Of a stretch of 60,563 bases of DNA, positions 1-8,329 are shown one piece after another (the first letter of the stretch is position 1; each line of letters opens with the position of its first letter). Origin of the DNA: a virus. Its lineage: Duplodnaviria > Caudoviricetes. Where the stretch lies: IMG/VR virus record IMGVR_UViG_3300036828_000612, positions 1 through 60,563 of that record, one strand, 5' to 3'. The notes under the pieces are model-generated. The model was not told the DNA's origin, ran no database searches, and was given only the letters and a program-made list of their open reading frames with translations. Both the position numbers and the translations under genes were made by a program.

Positions 1-142
1 CCTTGCTCATATCATCGGTGTCGCTGGTTGGAATAACAACCTCGCCAACTTGGTAGGCAATCTCTTCATTGTCGTGGTCTAATTGCCACACTGTGGCAGA
101 CATTGGATTGAGATTGAAATCCATGCCGATGTGTAACGGCGC
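1..142. repeat. Terminal direct repeat, copy 1 (circular or permuted genome)
   Basis: 1-142 is identical to 60422-60563 except g128/a60549, which is synonymous (Ile ATC/ATT) in TerL. Confidence 0.97.
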
Positions 143-889
143 CCCAGGCTGGAGCGGACACGGCCGGACCGAACCCTCGCGCGTGAATGCATACAGCACA
201 ACGCCCGAGAACGCCTCGAAGCTGCCCTCATACTCCTGGCGGAATTCACGTTCATCGAGGCTGGCGCGGGCGGATTCGATCTCGGCAGGGTCGAGCACAG
301 TGCTGCTGAGCCACGTGTAGGCCCCCCATTCGCTCTCGGCACCGAGCAAGTCCATCGATGCACGCGCGCGTTGATACAGGTCGAAATAATGGTTACGGCC
401 CTCAGGCACCCCGATCATGTCGCACCAGCCGTGCCGGTCAGCAAGCGCTGGTCGAACATGGACTGACCACGCCTCCGACTTCATGTTCCCGTATTCGTCG
501 AGCACGCCGCCATCCCATGGCGCGCCCTCGATCCGCTCTGGCTTGTCCATGCCAACAACGCGGATTTCGCTGCCATTGCGTAAGATGATGGCGAGCTCGG
601 AAATCCGGATGTCCTTCAGGTCGCGCTTCGGCACGAGAGCCACGAGATCCTGCCAGAACACCGCCTTGGCCTGGTCCCGCGTCGGCGCCGCTGCGAAGTA
701 GCGCGCCTGTGCGTAATCGGACCCCATGAGCGCGCGCATGGTGAGCTTGCGCTTGGCGAGTTCAGTCTTGCCAGAACGGCGCCCCGCGGGGACGACGTTG
801 AACCGGTGCGGGCTATCAAAGTATGCGGTCTGCGCGGCATGTGGACGGAGCGGAAGCCACCTAGGTGTCAGCAATTGGCTCGTCGCCAT
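1..889 (-). CDS. terL: Terminase large subunit, N-terminal ATPase part; continues across the origin into 60030-60421 (~426 aa total)
   Basis: Manual translation from ATG 889: MATSQLLTPRW...VVPAGRRSGKT (Walker A)...GGVLDEY (Walker B)...FRQEYEGSF...LHIGMDFNLNPM, in frame with the 60030..60545 ORF. Missing from the ORF track because it runs off the edge. Confidence 0.95.
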   Translation of the reverse strand, partial: MATSQLLTPRWLPLRPHAAQTAYFDSPHRFNVVPAGRRSGKTELAKRKLTMRALMGSDYAQARYFAAAPTRDQAKAVFWQDLVALVPKRDLKDIRISELAIILRNGSEIRVVGMDKPERIEGAPWDGGVLDEYGNMKSEAWSVHVRPALADRHGWCDMIGVPEGRNHYFDLYQRARASMDLLGAESEWGAYTWLSSTVLDPAEIESARASLDEREFRQEYEGSFEAFSGVVLYAFTREGSVRPCPLQPGAPLHIGMDFNLNPMSATVWQLDHDNEEIAYQVGEVVIPTSDTDDMSK

Positions 890-1397
890 TCTCCGTATCA
901 CCACCGATCGTATTGCGCATGTCCTTCAGGGTCGTGCCGATCCGCATGGCGTGCTCAGCATGCGTTTCGGGCGGCTGATCCTCAGGCCGCGGCATCAGCT
1001 TCGGTGTTTCGTAAGGCGCGATCTCTTTGGCCATTGCGGCGGCCCTGATCCAATCGCCGTTGGCTGCATGCATTGCTTGGGCATGACGCATGACGTCGAG
1101 TGCGCTCATACCTGTTGTTTCGTGTGCAATATCTGGATCAGGCTCGTAGCCTTCGGGAATGTCTTCAACCGGTGGCCGGACTTTGCCGTAGCCGCGATCC
1201 AGCAGTTCCTTCATGGCTGCCATGGCGGTTACTTCCTGCTTGGCGGGGTTTTTCCCCTTGAGGCCGGCGAGCTCGGCGAGACGATCGATGATGGCAGGAC
1301 CCCATTTGCCGGCCATCGCTTTAAGCTCGGCCGTCGCTTTATTTGGAACGCCTTTCTTGCGTCCAGCACCAGGTTGCCTACCGCCTTTCCATGGCAT
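861..1397 (-). CDS. terS: Terminase small subunit (putative)
   Basis: GGRQPGAGRKKGVPNK N-terminus and ELLDRGYGK motif; overlaps the TerL start. Confidence 0.75.
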   Translation of the reverse strand: MPWKGGRQPGAGRKKGVPNKATAELKAMAGKWGPAIIDRLAELAGLKGKNPAKQEVTAMAAMKELLDRGYGKVRPPVEDIPEGYEPDPDIAHETTGMSALDVMRHAQAMHAANGDWIRAAAMAKEIAPYETPKLMPRPEDQPPETHAEHAMRIGTTLKDMRNTIGGDTENGDEPIADT

Positions 1398-1468
1398 AGG
1401 TTTTGTGTCTCATTTTTTCTACACTCCACGCGGCACTAAATAAAAGCTGTCCCTCACACTTATGTTAC

Positions 1469-1498
1469 TCGACATGTCCGCATATTGCGGACTATGGT
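1469..1498 (+). promoter_or_regulatory. Sigma70-like promoter with palindromic operator
   Basis: TCGACA-18 nt-TATGGT; the spacer contains the inverted repeat GTCCGCA-tat-TGCGGAC (1476-1492). Confidence 0.55.
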
Positions 1499-1526
1499 GT
1501 GTCTATCGAAACCGGAGACCAAGCAG

Positions 1527-1685
1527 ATGACCAAGTTCGAAATTCTCTACATCCGTGACGGTCAGGCAAGTGAGCGTCGCGCCATCGTTTCAGCCGAGAC
1601 CGATGCCGAAGCCCGCTCCGCTCTCCGTTGCCGCCCGGACAATATGGGATGGCTGATTCAGATTATAGCTTGCGATCGCCTGTAG
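1527..1685 (+). CDS. Small hypothetical protein (moron gene 1)
   Basis: GGAG RBS upstream of ATG; MTKFEILYIRDG... Confidence 0.55.
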   Translation: MTKFEILYIRDGQASERRAIVSAETDAEARSALRCRPDNMGWLIQIIACDRL

Positions 1686-1698
1686 CCGGAGAAGTCAG

Positions 1699-1863
1699 AT
1701 GACCACCAGCCAACTAATCAGCACAATCGATCCGCGCGAGCCCGACGACAGCCGCAAAGGCATATTCCGCGACCACAACTGCTGGAAGTGCCAGGATGGC
1801 GCCAAGCCGTGCACCCAGGGCAGTCCAAACCGGTGCGAGTATCCGCATGCCAGGAACGACTGA
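1699..1863 (+). CDS. Small Cys-rich, probably Zn-binding protein (54 aa)
   Basis: Manual translation MTTSQ...FRDHNCWKCQDGAKPCTQGSPNRCEYPHARND; GGAG RBS; below the ORF-track cutoff. Confidence 0.65.
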   Translation: MTTSQLISTIDPREPDDSRKGIFRDHNCWKCQDGAKPCTQGSPNRCEYPHARND

Positions 1864-1864
1864 C

Positions 1865-2059
1865 ATGACACCGGATCGCTTGCAGGAATGCTTGGAGGTC
1901 CTGGGCTGGACACAACGGGGTTTGGCTCGGGAGATATGTTACGATGAGCAGCAGGTCCGCCGGTGGCTAGCCGGCGCGACTATCCCGGACACCGTTGCGG
2001 ATTGGATTGAGGCGATAGCAAAGTTTCATGCGCGGTTTCCATTCCCGTGCGTGCCTTAG
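1865..2059 (+). CDS. XRE/Cro-type HTH regulator
   Basis: MTPDRLQECLEVLGWTQRGLAREICYDEQQVRRWLAG is a typical HTH. Confidence 0.8.
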   Translation: MTPDRLQECLEVLGWTQRGLAREICYDEQQVRRWLAGATIPDTVADWIEAIAKFHARFPFPCVP

Positions 2060-2072
2060 CCTGTGGTCAAAA

Positions 2073-2253
2073 CGGCAATGTGCTCTGGGAATCGAGGCCC
2101 GGGTGGTCACGGGACCTGTCTCTACTCAGGCCCGTGACCGTTGCCGGAAAAAGCTAGAGCGAAGGAAACCGAGGGCATGGATCGGATCAGGGAGTGGTCG
2201 CGCAACTCACAGCCCGCGCCATGCTTGGTTTCCCCCTGCCACTTTTGCGGCAG
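2073..2253. ncRNA. Highly structured intergenic segment (candidate leader or ncRNA)
   Basis: Nested stems: cggcaa/ttgccg, ggtcacggg/cccgtgacc, cctg/cagg, ggaaaccgag/cttggtttcc, gcatgg/ccatgc, ctgcc/ggcag. Confidence 0.4.
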
Positions 2254-2286
2254 TGTTGCAAGCGCCGTAATATCACGAACCCGTGT

Positions 2287-2949
2287 TCAACGCCACCGTC
2301 CGGTCCGATTGTCGGATTCTGGCTCTAGAGTGGCGCTGGACGCCGCCGAGCCACTTTCGGCATCCTTGGGCCAATAATGCTCGCGGAGCCGCTCTAGCGC
2401 GCTGTGAAGCCTGCCGTGGGCACGGTCCCGGTGAATATCGAGACTGGCTGCCAACCGGGTGATGGTCCAATTGCCCAATACGACGTGGTTGAGCACCATC
2501 GCTGAGTAGGTGCCGACTGCCCCGCAGGCCGCGCGATACCGGGCCATGGCCTCAAGACTGCTATCGGGCACGCCGCTATTGGTTCCTCCATCGATGTAAT
2601 CCATCGTTCCGGCGCCATGGGCACCGACATAGGCGCGCTCGTAATCGCTGAGCAGCCGGTCCGCCGCCCGGACATGGGCCGCAGTAATCTCCCGCGGACA
2701 TGAGGCATGCAGGCTGGCGATCGTCCAGACGCGGCGCCAGCCATGGACGTCGCGCGCGCCGTGCTGGCGGGCCCGATGCGACACGGTGTCGGTTGGGTCT
2801 TTCCAATCGGCAGGCTCGACCATGGCGGGGCGAATGACACTGCCGTCCGCCTCGGTGGCCGGCACACGCAGGATATCCGCGGGGCCATCTGGTAGGAGCT
2901 GATAGACCGCTGTGCCGTTTTGGTGACGGCGGTTCCGGCGCTTAGGCAT
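2287..2949 (-). CDS. DUF6456-like late transcription regulator (Q-position gene)
   Basis: AADRLLSDY...A(A)CGAVG...VVLGNWTITRLA...LHSALERLREHY pattern; lies between replication and terminase genes; likely start MPKRR at 2949. Confidence 0.6.
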   Translation of the reverse strand: MPKRRNRRHQNGTAVYQLLPDGPADILRVPATEADGSVIRPAMVEPADWKDPTDTVSHRARQHGARDVHGWRRVWTIASLHASCPREITAAHVRAADRLLSDYERAYVGAHGAGTMDYIDGGTNSGVPDSSLEAMARYRAACGAVGTYSAMVLNHVVLGNWTITRLAASLDIHRDRAHGRLHSALERLREHYWPKDAESGSAASSATLEPESDNRTGRWR

Positions 2950-3319
2950 CGGAAACGACCTCACGGGCAGCCAAGGCGGCAGCGGCGTTGCTAGCGCCGC
3001 TGGTATCGCGGCGAATGCCACGATCCGCCGCAACGCCGGTGATGTGGAAAATGTGCAAGAACACGCGATCTCTCGTGCGCGCATATGCGACGCCATGGGA
3101 GGCGCCCCAGGCTTCGCCGCGGGTGGCCCATTGGATGTTATGCTCTACCCCATACAGGGTGGCCGCGTCGACGGTCGCACCAGGTGGCGCTGCATTGACG
3201 GCGGCGCAAGAGGCGGTGCGAATGGCCTCGCGGGTTTCGCCAGCGCTGTACGTGGCGACGTCCATGGCCCAGCTGGTGGCAGCGATAGTGGCGGTTGTGA
3301 CAACGTCGCTGAATTTCAT
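2942..3319 (-). CDS. Degenerate xxAT-repeat family protein
   Basis: ATIAATSWAMDVATYS...VDAATLY...QWATRG; Ala/Thr 4-residue periodicity; coupled to neighbours. Confidence 0.55.
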   Translation of the reverse strand: MKFSDVVTTATIAATSWAMDVATYSAGETREAIRTASCAAVNAAPPGATVDAATLYGVEHNIQWATRGEAWGASHGVAYARTRDRVFLHIFHITGVAADRGIRRDTSGASNAAAALAAREVVSDA

Positions 3320-3570
3320 CAGGGCACCCTCTCCAAGAAATCCGGCGGCAGCAGGTGGGCGAGCTGCAGGACGTGCCGGGAAACGGCGGTCGCGAGAATA
3401 CCGCCGAGCGTGAGGCGCATGGGGTGGCCCTCCAGCGCACGGAGTTTGGCGCGAAGCTGCTCGGGGGTGAGGGTCTTCCAGGAAGCCTCTGCATCGGCGC
3501 GCTCGCGAGCGTGGCGGCCTCTCATGTCGTCGGCGGTCTCACCGACGCGGCGGTGGGTAAAGTCGCTCAC
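3319..3570 (-). CDS. Hypothetical protein
   Basis: Overlapping start/stop with both neighbours. Confidence 0.6.
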   Translation of the reverse strand: MSDFTHRRVGETADDMRGRHARERADAEASWKTLTPEQLRAKLRALEGHPMRLTLGGILATAVSRHVLQLAHLLPPDFLERVP

Positions 3571-4424
3571 AACGCGCTCCTGGCGAGGTGGCCATATCCG
3601 AGCGCTTCGAGCTGCTCGTCACGCGAGCGGATGGGGTCCTGGGCGTGCCATTGGCGCACCGGCGCTTCCTCGCGCTCCGGTTGCACTGCGGCGATCTGCT
3701 CCGAGACGGTCCGGACGGGTGGGTGGTAGAGCGGCTGGGCGCTCTCGCCGCGCAAGGATTTGCCCAGGGCGGCGGCAAGTTCGCCAACCGGTCCGGCCTC
3801 TCGAAGTTCCTCCCGGAATTGCTTCCGAGCGGTGCTGATGTCAGTCACTGACGGGTCGTCCTCTCGCGCGCTCGCGCGCACATTCCCCTTAGAAAGAAAG
3901 TAAGAAAGAGAATCTTCTTTCTTTCTTTCTTCTCTTTTCTCTGCTTCTGTCTCTGCTTCTGAGATTCTGGTTCTAGTAATAGGGTCCCTATTAGGGTCCC
4001 TTATAGGGGGGCTTGTAGGGTCCCTTGTAGGGGACCTATTAGGGGGGCTATTAGGGTCCTTGCCCTCCGCAGGGTCCTTCCAGCGTCTGGAAACATACTC
4101 CCGGCCCTCGTCGGAGCGGGCATAGTCACGCACCATTCTGCGACTGTAGATTGTGCCCGCCTCGGTCCGGCTGAACACACCATTGCCCTCCAACTCAGCC
4201 ATCAGCTTCCCGGCTACCTTCTCCGTGCAGCCCGCCCGGCCAGCGATCTGCTTTATGGTGGCCGCACCGCCATTGATCGTGAGGTGGCCGACCGGGGACC
4301 CCTCATGCGCCAGACACAGCATCTCCATCCATAATCCGCGCGCGGTCAGGCTGCACTCGCGCAACCCGGGGTCCCGCTGCCAGTCCTGCCACCAGAACTT
4401 CGACCACCTGTGTCCGTTGCTCAT
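3567..4424 (-). CDS. Phage replication initiator (lambda O-like position)
   Basis: WSKFWWQDWQRDPGLRECSLTARGLWMEMLCL...IYSRRMVRD N-terminus typical of alphaproteobacterial phage initiators; internal repeats. Confidence 0.8.
   Translation of the reverse strand: MSNGHRWSKFWWQDWQRDPGLRECSLTARGLWMEMLCLAHEGSPVGHLTINGGAATIKQIAGRAGCTEKVAGKLMAELEGNGVFSRTEAGTIYSRRMVRDYARSDEGREYVSRRWKDPAEGKDPNSPPNRSPTRDPTSPPIRDPNRDPITRTRISEAETEAEKREERKKEDSLSYFLSKGNVRASAREDDPSVTDISTARKQFREELREAGPVGELAAALGKSLRGESAQPLYHPPVRTVSEQIAAVQPEREEAPVRQWHAQDPIRSRDEQLEALGYGHLARSAL
3890..4062. repeat. Probable replication origin: ~12 bp iterons plus strand-biased AT-rich tract
   Basis: About seven TAGGG(TCCC/GGGC)T-type units at 3978-4062, next to a ctttctttcttctcttttct tract inside the initiator gene. 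Confidence 0.65.
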
Positions 4425-4936
4425 TGGCGCCACTCTTCCAGACGCTTGCCGCCCTTGCTGATGTTGCAGACCCGGCAGGACGTAATTAGGTTTTCCAGGA
4501 CGCTCATGCCGCCCTGACTACGCGGTATGACATGATCGCAATGAGGCTCGTCCAGACCTGAAATGCCGCAATATCCGCAGGTAAAGCTATCTCGATGAAA
4601 TACAGCATGACGTAGCCGCTGCCATGTGGCCGGCGGCACGTCGAGCGTATAGGGTCGCGCTCGATCAGCGTTCCACCGGTCCACCAGCGAAATCCCAAGC
4701 GAGCCGTCTTCCTTGGAGGTAAAGAACCGTTCCAAAGCTGGACGGAGAACGCGACGCCATCGTTTCAAGCCATAGTCTCGCGCGATCATCGCAAGCTGCT
4801 CATCATCGTCCGGCAACGAACCCTGCCACTGGTAGAACGACATCAACAGAATCAGCGCGCCGACTTGTTCAGCCGTCAGGCCGTTCGTTTCGACCATAAA
4901 CGAGCGGTGGTCGTATGAAAGATCGCGGCTACTCAT
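4421..4936 (-). CDS. DUF1376 (YdaU)-like domain fused to HNH endonuclease
   Basis: TNGLTAEQVGALILLM...GSLPDDDEQLAMIAR, then RDSFTCGYCG...HCDHVIPRSQGG...ENLITSCRVCNISKG. Confidence 0.85.
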   Translation of the reverse strand: MSSRDLSYDHRSFMVETNGLTAEQVGALILLMSFYQWQGSLPDDDEQLAMIARDYGLKRWRRVLRPALERFFTSKEDGSLGISLVDRWNADRARPYTLDVPPATWQRLRHAVFHRDSFTCGYCGISGLDEPHCDHVIPRSQGGMSVLENLITSCRVCNISKGGKRLEEWRQ

Positions 4937-5415
4937 GCCACCCCCTTCCGCGGGCCGAACCGTGCTATTGTTTCGGCTCTAAGAGCGCGGCTGTGTCGCG
5001 TTGTCGCTATTGAGCGATGATCCAGCCGGTCGATGTTGTGCCAGCAATCATCTTCGCTCAGATACCCGCGCAACACATATTGAGGCTCTTCGTATGTTCC
5101 ATCCGGCGTGCGTAACCGCAGCTTTGGATAGCGGTCCTGCAATGCGTCGCCGAATCCCATCTCAATCTGTTCAGCTAAATACAATCCATCAGACTGCCCA
5201 GCTTGATCAAACCGCCCGCGCAATTGGGCGCGGGCTAGCTGTAGCATGTGCTGATAACCAGCATACCAGAGGGCATTGTTGTTGTCGTAGTCAGCCCCGA
5301 TGATCTTCATCGCACCATCGGCAATCGTATCAGGAGCGATCGACACAGATCCGGAGTTGATATCGATCATCCTCGAGATGGCATCTGAAAGCACATCTCT
5401 ATCTTTTTTGCTCAT
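4933..5415 (-). CDS. Hypothetical protein
   Basis: ATGA-coupled on both sides; start MSKKDR. Confidence 0.65.
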   Translation of the reverse strand: MSKKDRDVLSDAISRMIDINSGSVSIAPDTIADGAMKIIGADYDNNNALWYAGYQHMLQLARAQLRGRFDQAGQSDGLYLAEQIEMGFGDALQDRYPKLRLRTPDGTYEEPQYVLRGYLSEDDCWHNIDRLDHRSIATTRHSRALRAETIARFGPRKGVA

Positions 5416-6023
5416 TCGACTATTCTCCCTAGCCATTCGGCAACAAGAGGCGCCAACCGAAGCGTTGTCTCATCCATATGCGCCAACATTGTCGCTCTGA
5501 TCTCGGTCGGGTCGAGATCGAGTAAGCCGTGACGCTCAAACTCTTGCAGCGTGCCCCATAGCCATAGCGCATCGTTATCCACCTGCATCGGCGGCAGCGG
5601 CCCGCGTGCTCGCGCTTCGGCGCGTTCGATCAGTCCAGCCGTCGTTGGATGCCATGCCTGGTCAGCAAGATCGGCCTCGAATTGCTCGGTTGGAATTGCG
5701 GCAAGCCGCTCCCACTGCGAAGCCTGGACCTTGCTGATGCCTGCCTTCGTCAGTGAGGCCAACTTAGTATCATCGTGATACGAGGTTAAATCGGTGCGCG
5801 TGCCGGGTGCCGTGACCATCTCATCCGTCTTCTCGCCGCACTTGCGTTCCGCGCGCAGCCGGATTTCTGCCGCCTGCCTTTCAGCCACCCGGTTCTGCGC
5901 CTGGCGCGCATACATCTCGATCGCCCGCGCCTTGTCGCGGATCTCTTTCACCTCATCGATCTCCAAAGCTTCCGCGATGGCGCGGCACATGGCGTCATAG
6001 CGGACGAGTTGCGTGCCGCTCAT
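5412..6023 (-). CDS. Conserved phage protein (LVRYDAMCRAIAE family, often the N-terminus of phage methyltransferases)
   Basis: LVRYDAMCRAIAEALEIDEVKEIRDKARAIEMYARQA...IRLRAERKCGE; no MTase motifs present. Confidence 0.65.
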   Translation of the reverse strand: MSGTQLVRYDAMCRAIAEALEIDEVKEIRDKARAIEMYARQAQNRVAERQAAEIRLRAERKCGEKTDEMVTAPGTRTDLTSYHDDTKLASLTKAGISKVQASQWERLAAIPTEQFEADLADQAWHPTTAGLIERAEARARGPLPPMQVDNDALWLWGTLQEFERHGLLDLDPTEIRATMLAHMDETTLRLAPLVAEWLGRIVE

Positions 6024-6376
6024 AATTTGCCGTTCCTACCCTTGCTGCGCCGCAATGCGGCGGCACTGGGTTGATCGATGGTTTCCAGGATCTCCCACAC
6101 GATATCCGCGAGCTCGCGGTCACACGCCATGAAGCCGTCAACGCGGTTGATCGCGTGGATAACCGTGGTGTGGTCACGCTTGCCAAATTCACGGCCGATT
6201 TCGACCAGCGATAGCGGTGTGCTGCGGCGACAGAGCCACATCGCGATTTGCCGCGGCCTGACCACCGCAACCGTCATTTGGTCGCTGACCAGATCCTGGC
6301 ACGTGATGCGGAAGCGCCACGCCACCGCCAGCTTGATATCAGCGGCCGAAGCCGACCATGTCAGCGCCGGGATCAT
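6020..6376 (-). CDS. DnaA C-terminal (domain IV) HTH protein
   Basis: PRQIAMWLCRRSTPLSLVEIGREFGKRDHTTVIHA is the DnaA signature. Confidence 0.9.
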   Translation of the reverse strand: MIPALTWSASAADIKLAVAWRFRITCQDLVSDQMTVAVVRPRQIAMWLCRRSTPLSLVEIGREFGKRDHTTVIHAINRVDGFMACDRELADIVWEILETIDQPSAAALRRSKGRNGKL

Positions 6377-6723
6377 GGCGGATGCAGCCGGCCAAGCCCT
6401 GGCATACACGCGCGGCACCAGCAGCGCATCGGCCGCCCGGCCGACAGAACAAACCCACCGGGGGCCCATCGCTCGGGGTCCGATCCGGGGTCGACGCAGA
6501 TGACCTCGGGCGACTGACAGCCGTCACAGACCAGGGGACCGGGCAACTCGTGACTTGGCTCGGGAATTATGGTCACCGTGGGAAAGCCTCCGTCGTCGCT
6601 GGGCAAAGCAATCCCCGCAAGGGAGCCACTTCGCTCAACTCTCCGCTGTTCGTAGCTCGCATAAATGAAGCCAAAGCCGGCACGCTCGTTACCGATCGAG
6701 TCGCGCCTGTTGCCCGAGTCCAT
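6373..6723 (-). CDS. Hypothetical protein with CxxC pairs
   Basis: CDGC and CRAC motifs; coupled to the DnaA-C gene. Confidence 0.5.
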   Translation of the reverse strand: MDSGNRRDSIGNERAGFGFIYASYEQRRVERSGSLAGIALPSDDGGFPTVTIIPEPSHELPGPLVCDGCQSPEVICVDPGSDPERWAPGGFVLSAGRPMRCWCRACMPGLGRLHPP

Positions 6724-6772
6724 CTTTAGCAGCGTTTCAAGACTGTCAACACATGTGATGGAATATTTCTGA

Positions 6773-7204
6773 TTATAGGATAACTCGCTGATTTCTGGGT
6801 ATTCCCCATTCGTCTAGCGCATCTGTTGTCATGTTGGCGTCGAAAACGGTTGCGCATCGTCCTCCCCCAATCAGGATCGCAGCCATCACCGCCTTCTGCG
6901 GCTCGCTCAAAACACCGGCCTGAGTCTTGATTTCGATGAAATGTGCACGCCCGCGATACAGCAGGAAGATATCGGGAATACCCGCAATTATGCCGCGGCC
7001 AACACGGATGCCGGGAACCTCCCCGGCATAGTTTGCATGGTCGACCGACCACCAGATGACGCCCAGCCGGGAGACCTTGCCGGCCGGGGCGATTTCCAAC
7101 CGCAGCACGTCGACAATCTGCCGCTGCACCGCGTGCTCCGGCACAACCGGCGCCGTGAGCCGATAGGGCGCCTTGCGGCCCACAACGACAGCGGCTTTCA
7201 GCAT
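6773..7204 (-). CDS. VRR-NUC-like (PD-(D/E)xK) nuclease
   Basis: EHAVQRQI...GIIAGIPDIFLL...FIEIKTQAGVLSEPQK; start uncertain (ATG 7204 vs GTG 7240). Confidence 0.85.
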   Translation of the reverse strand: MLKAAVVVGRKAPYRLTAPVVPEHAVQRQIVDVLRLEIAPAGKVSRLGVIWWSVDHANYAGEVPGIRVGRGIIAGIPDIFLLYRGRAHFIEIKTQAGVLSEPQKAVMAAILIGGGRCATVFDANMTTDALDEWGIPRNQRVIL

Positions 7205-7208
7205 CAGG

Positions 7209-7294
7209 CGCGAGGGGGAGGAGTCGAACCCCCCGACCACATGGCAACCCGCCAGGAAGTATCATCGTGTCCGACAACCTTTTCCGTGCCTCGC
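7209..7294 (-). ncRNA. tRNA-like element or pseudo-tRNA
   Basis: Acceptor stem GCGAGG/CCTCGC, T-arm GGGGG-TTCGACT-CCTCC, weak D-arm with GG loop; no normal 7-nt anticodon loop; ends G-CCT. Confidence 0.5.
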
Positions 7295-7307
7295 ATACCT
7301 CTGCCCA

Positions 7308-8051
7308 TCACGCCACCTGCGAACACCGCGATCTAGTGCCAAATACCCGATGGATTGGGCAAAATGGACCGTCTGGCACCGCTGCTGCGCTACAGCAGAT
7401 CCAGGCGCCGCGCTCGCCATCGGTCCACAGGCATGAGCGATACGATGTCGGCTGGATCGTTGCCGACGATGGGGCCGCCAGCCCGGCAAATCCGCCGGCA
7501 CCATCGGTTCGCAGTGACATTGGTTCCGGTTCCGGTTCCGGCTCGAGAAAGCTCCAATTGCGTTCGGTCTCACCACGTGCCGCAATCTCGCTCGACAACG
7601 GCGGTAACTTCGGCCGCGGCTTGGCGCGGTGCAGCCGCTTGAGGCTCACCGGCGGCAACCATACGCCGTTCCGCTTCATGGCGAGCTGTCGCTGCCGGCC
7701 GGCTGAGACTTCCGCAGCGTGCTGCGCGTTTATCGTGCGCTCGGTGTCATCCTCGACGTGGCGGCCGTGCCGTCTCAGAATGCCGGCAACAGTCCCGTCT
7801 GTCAGACGCAGTTCGCGGGCGATCGCCAGTCCGGAAAGCCCCTGGTCACGCAGCGTATTGACACGCTCGATAAGGACAGGATCCACTTTCGGCACACGCC
7901 CGTGTAGGCCAAGGCTTTTGCGTTTGGAAATGATCTGAGCCAACGGGCGGGAAAGCGCCCCGGCCATGCCATCCAATGGCACGTAGTCAGCGTCCATCTG
8001 ACGCAGCTTTGCTACGTCGTCCGGAGACCATCTCGGATACGTATAACCCAC
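7308..8051 (-). CDS. GcrA-like regulator (two HTH segments plus Cys-rich C-terminus)
   Basis: WSPDDVAKLRQM...IISKRKSLGL N-terminus; CLWTDG...CC...GPFCPIH C-terminus. Confidence 0.7.
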   Translation of the reverse strand: MGYTYPRWSPDDVAKLRQMDADYVPLDGMAGALSRPLAQIISKRKSLGLHGRVPKVDPVLIERVNTLRDQGLSGLAIARELRLTDGTVAGILRRHGRHVEDDTERTINAQHAAEVSAGRQRQLAMKRNGVWLPPVSLKRLHRAKPRPKLPPLSSEIAARGETERNWSFLEPEPEPEPMSLRTDGAGGFAGLAAPSSATIQPTSYRSCLWTDGERGAWICCSAAAVPDGPFCPIHRVFGTRSRCSQVA

Positions 8052-8114
8052 AACGACGCACCCCCGTTTTACCAGGTGAAATCGGTTGATCGGAATCTGA
8101 TGCCGGTTTCCTCC

Positions 8115-8154
8115 AAAAAGCGCCGGGCAGCAGCCAAGGGGAGCGCTGCCCGGC
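8115..8154 (-). terminator. Rho-independent terminator (tR1-like)
   Basis: Perfect 10 bp stem gccgggcagc/gctgcccggc followed on the minus strand by GCTTTTT. Confidence 0.6.
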
Positions 8155-8329
8155 CAGTCTTGGGGAGGAATCAGCCGGCCGTCGTCCCGCGCCGGCCGCG
8201 GGTGGATGGGCGCTCAGAAACGTCAGCGAGCGCGCTTGAGGTCCCGATGCGCCATGACAGACAGCGCGATAGCCCAAGCCGCAGTGGCTACCCACAAACC
8301 GATCATGCCGCCAAACAGCCAATACGTAA

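Noticed and set aside
1-142. True long terminal repeats or attL/attR
   Set aside because: The repeat falls in the middle of terL with no flanking host DNA; it is best explained as a circular assembly overlap.
6020-6376. Chromosomal dnaA or host contamination
   Set aside because: Only domain IV is present, with no AAA+ domain; such genes are common in alphaproteobacterial phages.
7209-7294. Functional canonical tRNA gene or attP
   Set aside because: No 7-nt anticodon loop, a C-C mismatch in the acceptor stem, no U8, and no integrase; kept only as tRNA-like.
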